Positions 58,275 to 64,000 of a stretch of 64,000 nucleotides of DNA are shown in pieces. Origin of the DNA: Planctomycetota bacterium (GTDB lineage Bacteria > Planctomycetota > UBA1135 > UBA2386). Position 1 is the stretch's first letter; each line of letters starts with the position of its first letter. A program made the position numbers and the translations under genes. Location: the NCBI GenBank assembly GCA_965223545.1, contig OZ245006.1, forward strand, positions 864,001 through 928,000. Direction: 5' to 3'. The notes below the pieces were generated by a model. That model was not told the origin of the DNA and did no database searches. It saw only the letters and a program-made list of their open reading frames with translations.

Positions 58275-59592
58275 CGACCAGCGTGAACTTGAGCTGGGCC
58301 TCGGCAACCAGCTTGCCGGCGACCTTGCACCGCGCCTGGACGTGGCCGACCGACGGCTTCAGGCGCAGCGTCTCGACTTCGATCCGCAGCTGGTCGCCGG
58401 GCACCACCGCACCGCGCAGCTTGACCTTGTCGATGCTCCACAGCACCGCCAACTTGCCGGTGTTGGCCAGCTTGCGCAGCAACAGCACGCCCGAGAGCTG
58501 GGCCATCGCCTCCAGCTGCAGGACACCGGGCATGATCGGCTGTCCGGGCCAGTGTCCCTGGAAGAACGGCTCGTTGATGGTCACGTTCTTGATCGCCACC
58601 GCCCGCTGATACCCGTCGAGCTCGATCACCCGATCCACCAGCAAGAAGGGATAGCGGTGCGGCAGCAGGTTGAGGATGTCGCGGATGTCCAGCCCGCTCT
58701 CGCGGACGACCTCGCCACGGTTCTCCTCCTCCTCGATGACCTCGACCAGCCGGTGTGCCAACTTGGAGTTGAGCGAGTGCCCCGACCGCGTCGCGATCAC
58801 GTGGGCGTCGAGATCGACGCCGACCGTGGCCAGGTCGCCGATCAGATCCAGCACCTTGTGCCGCGCCAGCTCGTCGTCACAGCGCAGCACGTTCTCCTTG
58901 ATGCGCCCGTCGGCGCTGACCACGAGCGTGTTCTGGTAGTTCGCGCCCTTGCCCAAGCCCGCCGCCCGCAACGCCTCGACCTCGTGCTCGAACACGAAGG
59001 TCCGCGCCATCGCGATGTCACTGGCGAAGCTGTCGGCGCTGAGGCGCACCGAAACGGTCTGCCGCGTGCGCAGGCCGCTGCCATTGCCACTCGCGTTCTG
59101 CGGGTAGTCGAGGTGGTAGTCCACCGACAGGGCGCCCTCGCCGGGCAGCGCCACCAGACTGGCATCCCCTTCGCGGACGTAGATCGGCTCGGCCACCGCG
59201 TAGCGCGGCCTCGTCGCCTTCAGCTCGGTGACGCCGACCTCCCGCAGTCGTTCGGTGAACTCGCGCGCCGAACCGTCCATGCCGGGCAGCTCCTCGCCGT
59301 CGATCTCCACCAGGGCGTTGTCGACCGACAGAGCCCACAGCGCCGCCAGCAGGTGCTCGCAGGTGTAGACCTCGGCGGCGCCGTTCTTCAAGCAGCTGCG
59401 GCGCTCGCGCGGCTTCAAGTTGGCCGCCGACGCGCGCACCTCCGGCTCCTCGCTGAGATCCTTGCGCACGAACGTGACCCCGACCCCCGCGTCGGCCGGC
59501 AGCACCCGAACCCTGGTCTCCTCCCCGCTGTGCAACCCGACGCCGCGGAACTCCACCGGAGCTCTCACGGTTGTCTGTGTCCGGCTCTGCAC
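58267..59592 (-). CDS. lpxC/fabZ: Bifunctional LpxC/FabZ
   Basis: GVGLHSG, EHLLAAL, MDGSA, HKVLDLIGDL, then LPHRYPFLLVD, FFQGHWP..MPGVLQLEAMAQ; real part of the 58267..60705 ORF. Confidence 0.95.
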   Translation of the reverse strand: MQSRTQTTVRAPVEFRGVGLHSGEETRVRVLPADAGVGVTFVRKDLSEEPEVRASAANLKPRERRSCLKNGAAEVYTCEHLLAALWALSVDNALVEIDGEELPGMDGSAREFTERLREVGVTELKATRPRYAVAEPIYVREGDASLVALPGEGALSVDYHLDYPQNASGNGSGLRTRQTVSVRLSADSFASDIAMARTFVFEHEVEALRAAGLGKGANYQNTLVVSADGRIKENVLRCDDELARHKVLDLIGDLATVGVDLDAHVIATRSGHSLNSKLAHRLVEVIEEEENRGEVVRESGLDIRDILNLLPHRYPFLLVDRVIELDGYQRAVAIKNVTINEPFFQGHWPGQPIMPGVLQLEAMAQLSGVLLLRKLANTGKLAVLWSIDKVKLRGAVVPGDQLRIEVETLRLKPSVGHVQARCKVAGKLVAEAQLKFTLVDA

Positions 59593-59636
59593 TGTGGGAT
59601 CGATCGAGAAGAGTTGGGAAGCGGTTGAATCGCGAC

Positions 59637-60326
59637 TCAGCGGTTGCCGTCGGGACTCGGCGGCCCTGCATCGGCGTCGGAGTACGCGGGCGACTTGAGC
59701 AGCTTGATCACGTCGTCCGTCAGGTCGAGGGCCTGGTGGTGGTAGAGCACGTCGCCGTAGCTGCTGCGCGCCAGGGTCCGCGTGACCGAGGCGTCCTGCG
59801 CCAGCGGAAACGACCGCAGCACGAGCAGCACACCGGTCTTCTGCGCGAGCTCGGCGATGGCCCGATCGAGGTCCTTGTGGAACTGGGCCTCGAGCCGGTC
59901 GCGTTCGATCTTGAACCGCTCGAGCTCGAACTTGTGCCGCGCCTCGAGCGCGGAGCGCGCGGCCTCCCACGCCGCGTTGGCCCCGATCCACTCCGGCGAC
60001 AGGAAGTCGCGCGAGTCCCGTTCGAACGCCAAGCCGTCGACCCGTTCCTTCTCCGCCTGGAGGGCGGCCTCGGTATCGTCCTTGGCGGCGCGCAGTGCAT
60101 CCATCTGCTGGCGCGCCTTGGGCGATGCCTGCAGGCTGCGCTCGACGTCCACCACCGCGACCCACCGTCGCATCTGCTCCGCACCGTCGGGGAGCGCTTG
60201 CTCCGCCGGCGGGGTGCCTGGCGCAACCGGATCCTGCGCCGCCATCGGCGCGATGATCCCTGCGCAGCAACAGAGCAGCAGCTCGGAAGGACTTCGCAAC
60301 GCACGGACAACTGGCACTCGGCGCAT
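59637..60326 (-). CDS. OmpH/Skp-family periplasmic chaperone
   Basis: VAVVDVERSL, helical middle, VLLVL, DLTDDVIKLL; upstream of lpxC; start uncertain. Confidence 0.7.
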   Translation of the reverse strand: MRRVPVVRALRSPSELLLCCCAGIIAPMAAQDPVAPGTPPAEQALPDGAEQMRRWVAVVDVERSLQASPKARQQMDALRAAKDDTEAALQAEKERVDGLAFERDSRDFLSPEWIGANAAWEAARSALEARHKFELERFKIERDRLEAQFHKDLDRAIAELAQKTGVLLVLRSFPLAQDASVTRTLARSSYGDVLYHHQALDLTDDVIKLLKSPAYSDADAGPPSPDGNR

Positions 60327-60400
60327 GCCGGTATCCTCTCCGCTCCGCCACTCGGAGACAACAGTTGGCGCCGCCGGCGGCGGTTTCGAAACCCGGACGG

Positions 60401-61867
60401 CTACTGGTCGGTGAACACCAGCGCGGGGCCGGCCGCCAGCTCCTCCACCACCGCCGCGGCCAGCGCACCGATCTCGACCGCCTCTTCGGCCATGACCAGC
60501 GCGGCGACGTCGGAGGGCCGGCGATAGTGCTCGTGCACCCCCGTGTGGAAACGCAACGCCGGGATCCCGCGGCGCAGGAAGCTCCAGTGGTCCGATGGCG
60601 CCCCGGCGCCATCGCGCGGTGCCACGGCCAGGGGCGAGGCCTCGAACAACGGGCGCAGCCGCGCACGCCAGCGCCGCGCACTCCCGACCCCGTCGACGCG
60701 CACACCGTTGGCGCCGCGCCCCACCGTGTCGAGGTTGACCATCGCGGTCACTGCGGCGGGCAGCCCGGGCGCCTCGAGCAGCCGACGGCTGCCCTGCATG
60801 CCGAGCTCGCCGGCACCGAACGCGGCAAACACGATGGTACGTGGCGGCCTCGCCCCGCTGGCCAGCTGCCGCGCCACCTGCAGCAACACGGCGACGCCCG
60901 AAGCGTTGTCGTCGGCCCCCGGGTGCAACACTCCGACGGCCGCGGTCCCGCCGAGCGAGCCGGTGCGGCCGAAGCCCAGGTGATCGTGATGCGCGCCGAC
61001 CACGACACACTCGTCCGCATAGCGCGGGTCGCCGCCGGGCAGGACGCCCACCACGTTGGCGGTCGGCCGCGGCGGCGGCGCCGGCTCGAGCATCAAGCGG
61101 GTGCGCAGCCAGAGTTCGCCCGGTCGACCGGCGAGGACGGCGGCGACGGCAGCGCGCGAGACCCAAAACGCCGGGATCTCGGCCCGCGCGCCGATCCGCG
61201 CCGCGAGCCGCTGCTCGTCGGCATCGGTGTCACACGCGTGGCACAGCAGGATCGCTGCCGCGCCCCGGCGCTGCGCCTCTTCGATCTTGGCCCGGAAGGT
61301 GATCGCGCGCCGCGCCGCGGCAGCATCGGCGGGCAGCGCGGCCGGTCCACGGCGCAGGATCAACACCGCCTTGCCGCGCACATCGAGCCCGGCGTAGTCG
61401 TCGTGGTCGAACTCGGGCAACACCATGCCGTGGCCCACGGCGACCACCGGCGCCTCCACCCGCCCCTCGCCGGTGCGCGCCAAGGGGAACAACCCCTGCC
61501 CCAACCAGGCCGCGGCCCGCCCGTCACCACAGGGCGAGTTGCCCCGGTGCTGCACCAGCTCCGCGGTCGAGTCGGCGGAGAGGGCGCACGGGTGCGCGTC
61601 CACCGCCTCGAAGCGGTGCACGAAGCCGGAGTCTGCCGCACCCAGGGGCGCCAGCCCGATCTCGGCGAACCGCCCCGCGAGGTAGTCGACCGTGTAGGCG
61701 TCGCCGCGCGAGCCCGCGCGGCGCCCCCCCGCCCGGCACGACGTCAACACCTCGAGATCGCCGCGCAGCTGGCAAACCGGGGCCATCGACTGTTCGCCCT
61801 GCGGCTCGATGACCGGCCGGGGACCGAAGGCAGTGATCAGGCAGGTCAGGGCGGCGAGGGCGAGCAT
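60401..61867 (-). CDS. M28-family aminopeptidase with PA domain
   Basis: VVGAHHDHLG, GADDNASG, FGAGELG, NLDTVG, SDHWSF; signal peptide. Confidence 0.85.
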   Translation of the reverse strand: MLALAALTCLITAFGPRPVIEPQGEQSMAPVCQLRGDLEVLTSCRAGGRRAGSRGDAYTVDYLAGRFAEIGLAPLGAADSGFVHRFEAVDAHPCALSADSTAELVQHRGNSPCGDGRAAAWLGQGLFPLARTGEGRVEAPVVAVGHGMVLPEFDHDDYAGLDVRGKAVLILRRGPAALPADAAAARRAITFRAKIEEAQRRGAAAILLCHACDTDADEQRLAARIGARAEIPAFWVSRAAVAAVLAGRPGELWLRTRLMLEPAPPPRPTANVVGVLPGGDPRYADECVVVGAHHDHLGFGRTGSLGGTAAVGVLHPGADDNASGVAVLLQVARQLASGARPPRTIVFAAFGAGELGMQGSRRLLEAPGLPAAVTAMVNLDTVGRGANGVRVDGVGSARRWRARLRPLFEASPLAVAPRDGAGAPSDHWSFLRRGIPALRFHTGVHEHYRRPSDVAALVMAEEAVEIGALAAAVVEELAAGPALVFTDQ

Positions 61868-61919
61868 GATCGTTGGGCGACTGCCATGCTACGCAACGAC
61901 CGCGCGGAGCGTTGGTGGA

Positions 61920-62747
61920 CTACGGGGTGATTTCCCGCAGCTCGACCTCGAACACCAACGGCTCGTTGGCGCCGATCTTCGGCGGACTGCCGCGCTCCCC
62001 GTAGGCCAGTTCCGGCGGGATCTTCAGCCAGCGCGTCTCGCCGACCTTCATTCCCGGCAGACCGAACTGCCAGCCCTGCACCACGTTGTTGAGGTCGAGC
62101 CGCGTCGCGCCGCCGGGCGGGGTGCTGTCGAAGACGACGCCGTTCTTGGCGAGGATTCCGGTGTAGGCGAACTGACCGGCCTGGCCAGGGGCGATGGCCT
62201 CGCCCTCGCCCTCCTGGACACGCCGCACCTCGAGGCTGTCGACGATCTCGACCAACTCGAGATCGTAGGAGAGGCGGGCGTTCTCGGGTACGCCCGCCAT
62301 CTGCTGCGGCCGGCCGGAGAGGCCGACGCTGGGCGGCACCTCGATCCGCCGTCGTTCGCCGACCCGCATGCCATCGGCCCCCAGTGCCAGTCCCTCGGCC
62401 ACGGCCGGCGGCAGCAAGCGCAGGGTCTGCGGCTCGGTGTCGTACGTGTTGCGGAAGATCCGGCCGGTGGCCAGCGAGCCGATGTAGTGGAACCGCCCGA
62501 TCATGCCGTAGCGGATCGGATCCCCGTCGCCCTCCGCCAGCGTCTCGACCGCGAGCCCTTCGACGCTGTCGACCGCACGCGGCGGCGCCATCGCGAAGTC
62601 GACCAGCGGCGCATCGGAGGTCATCAAGTCGGTGCGCTTGATCTCGGGAGTGTCGGTCACATTTTCCTCGGCCGCGGCGCCGTCATTGGCCCGATTGCAG
62701 GCCGCCAACAGGGCCGCGAGCGCGGCGTATCGCAGGACATGGCTCAT
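61920..62747 (-). CDS. Lipoprotein with two FKBP-type PPIase domains
   Basis: LLAAC lipobox; two copies of EG.G..(H/A)Y.G.L..G..F, GM.VGE.R...PP..L.(Y/F)..EL. Confidence 0.9.
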   Translation of the reverse strand: MSHVLRYAALAALLAACNRANDGAAAEENVTDTPEIKRTDLMTSDAPLVDFAMAPPRAVDSVEGLAVETLAEGDGDPIRYGMIGRFHYIGSLATGRIFRNTYDTEPQTLRLLPPAVAEGLALGADGMRVGERRRIEVPPSVGLSGRPQQMAGVPENARLSYDLELVEIVDSLEVRRVQEGEGEAIAPGQAGQFAYTGILAKNGVVFDSTPPGGATRLDLNNVVQGWQFGLPGMKVGETRWLKIPPELAYGERGSPPKIGANEPLVFEVELREITP

Positions 62748-62838
62748 CGCGGGCGATAGCATGCCGGCACGACGCGGCGGAAAGAAGGGTGCACGCCAGG
62801 TTCCCCGGCTCCGGGTCGGGTCGCCCGCGGATTGCGGC

Positions 62839-63999
62839 TCAGAACCGAACCGTGTAGCCGACCTTGACCGTGACGTCTTGATTGGTCGGGATCAGCGGCG
62901 CCGCGTGCGCGGTCCGGTTCCAACCGAACACGCCGAGGACGAACAGGTCGCGCCCCGGCTCGAGCGTCCACCGTACCCGACTCTGCAGCGTCAGGTCGCG
63001 GCTCGCGGTGTCGTACTGGACGAGGTTGCGCCAGGACAAGTCCGGCGAGAAGTCGAGGTCGAGCCGCCCCTGGCTGACCCGCGTGGTGAACCGCCCACTG
63101 TCGAGACGGACCTGAAAGACGTCGTGCGTCACCGCGGCGCGCCAGTGCCGGCTGGCGAACCACTGCAGCTCGCTGCCGATGCGCAGCAGGTTGCCGGTGA
63201 AGAAATCGCCCACCTCCGCCGAGGCCGATCCGGCCACCGCCCTGTGGTCCGAGCTCGACAGCCGCAGTCGGTGGCGAGTCACGGTGTAGTCGCCGGGCGG
63301 CACCGCGATGCCCGGCCGCAGCTCGAACGATTCGGGCACGCGCTCGAACTCGCGCGAGCTGGTCCAGCTCAACCGATCGAGCGACCGCAGCTGCACGCGG
63401 AGCCCCGCCGAGAACTCGTAGCTGTCCTTCTCCCCGGCCGAGGTCGTGGTCAGCTCCGGGTCCAGACTGATCTCCACCTCTCGCACCGCGCTCTGGTCCT
63501 CGCTGCGCCAGGTGTACTCGACATCTCCCGCGACCCGCCGCACGCCGCGCCGGCGGACGAACCCCAGCTTGGGGTCGAAGCCCCGATCGACGCTGTCGAT
63601 CTCCAGCTCGTGGTTCCACGACCGCGAGCGCGTGCCGAGCTGCAGCCCCCAGGCCTGGCCATCGTCGTCGCTGCCCTCGTTCTGCGATGCCAGCCAGTAG
63701 CCGGACAGCGACGCGGAGTGACCCTCGCCGAAGAAGCGGTTGTCCGCCAGTCGGAAGTCGGTGCCCGCGGTCACCGCGTCTCCAGCGCCTTCCGGCCGGC
63801 CGCCCGTGGCGATCACCCCGATCGACGACTCGTCGCCGACGTTGCGCGCCACGCGCACGACCCCCATGCCCTTCTCCGGATCGAGCGCGGTCTCGTCGAC
63901 GATCGCGCCCAGGGCCCCGATGTTCCAGTCGCCGGCGCGGCCCGCCAGCTTGGCGCCCGCGATCAGCGGTACCGGATTGCCGCTGGCATCCCGGCCGAT
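62839..63999 (-). CDS. Outer-membrane beta-barrel protein (DUF5916-like), 5'-partial
   Basis: Frame open to the window edge; IG....VPLIAGAKLAGR motif, amphipathic strands, terminal Phe (KVGYTVRF). Confidence 0.75.
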   Translation of the reverse strand: MGRDASGNPVPLIAGAKLAGRAGDWNIGALGAIVDETALDPEKGMGVVRVARNVGDESSIGVIATGGRPEGAGDAVTAGTDFRLADNRFFGEGHSASLSGYWLASQNEGSDDDGQAWGLQLGTRSRSWNHELEIDSVDRGFDPKLGFVRRRGVRRVAGDVEYTWRSEDQSAVREVEISLDPELTTTSAGEKDSYEFSAGLRVQLRSLDRLSWTSSREFERVPESFELRPGIAVPPGDYTVTRHRLRLSSSDHRAVAGSASAEVGDFFTGNLLRIGSELQWFASRHWRAAVTHDVFQVRLDSGRFTTRVSQGRLDLDFSPDLSWRNLVQYDTASRDLTLQSRVRWTLEPGRDLFVLGVFGWNRTAHAAPLIPTNQDVTVKVGYTVRF

Positions 64000-64000
64000 G

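Noticed and set aside
59593..60705. Long N-terminal extension of LpxC-FabZ (812-aa ORF)
   Set aside because: Overlaps the Skp-like and M28 genes in other frames; LpxC homology begins at about 59592

Overview
High-GC (~70%) bacterial chromosomal window, almost certainly Planctomycetota and probably a deep-branching non-Planctomycetia lineage (inferred from the EF-Tu switch-I sequence, short 5S rRNA, 16S 5' end and LpxC-FabZ fusion). It is mostly core genome: the tRNA(Thr,Tyr,Gly,Thr)-tuf-tRNA(Trp)-secE-nusG-rplKAJL-rpoBC cluster, a linked 16S-23S-5S operon with a tRNA-less spacer, a 6S RNA, trpS, aroC, trmD-rplS-secDF-nadB-hflX and lipid A/envelope genes. Main oddities: (1) an MCE (MlaEFD) lipid-transporter operon led by a 475-aa lipoprotein built from about 20 aromatic 'xWPF' repeats; (2) directly downstream, a free-standing, signal-peptide-bearing paralog of the periplasmic P1 domain of this genome's own SecDF; (3) a 1245-bp IS1/IS1595-like element with 20-bp perfect TIRs, a 9-10 bp TSD and an apparent DDN catalytic triad, inserted into a TPR-gluconolactonase fusion gene that also carries a frameshift; (4) EF-Tu with Ala instead of the conserved P-loop Asp (GHVAHGKT); (5) a MutS2 without an Smr domain. 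All calls come from reading the sequence by eye; no database searches were run, and start codons and rRNA ends are approximate.
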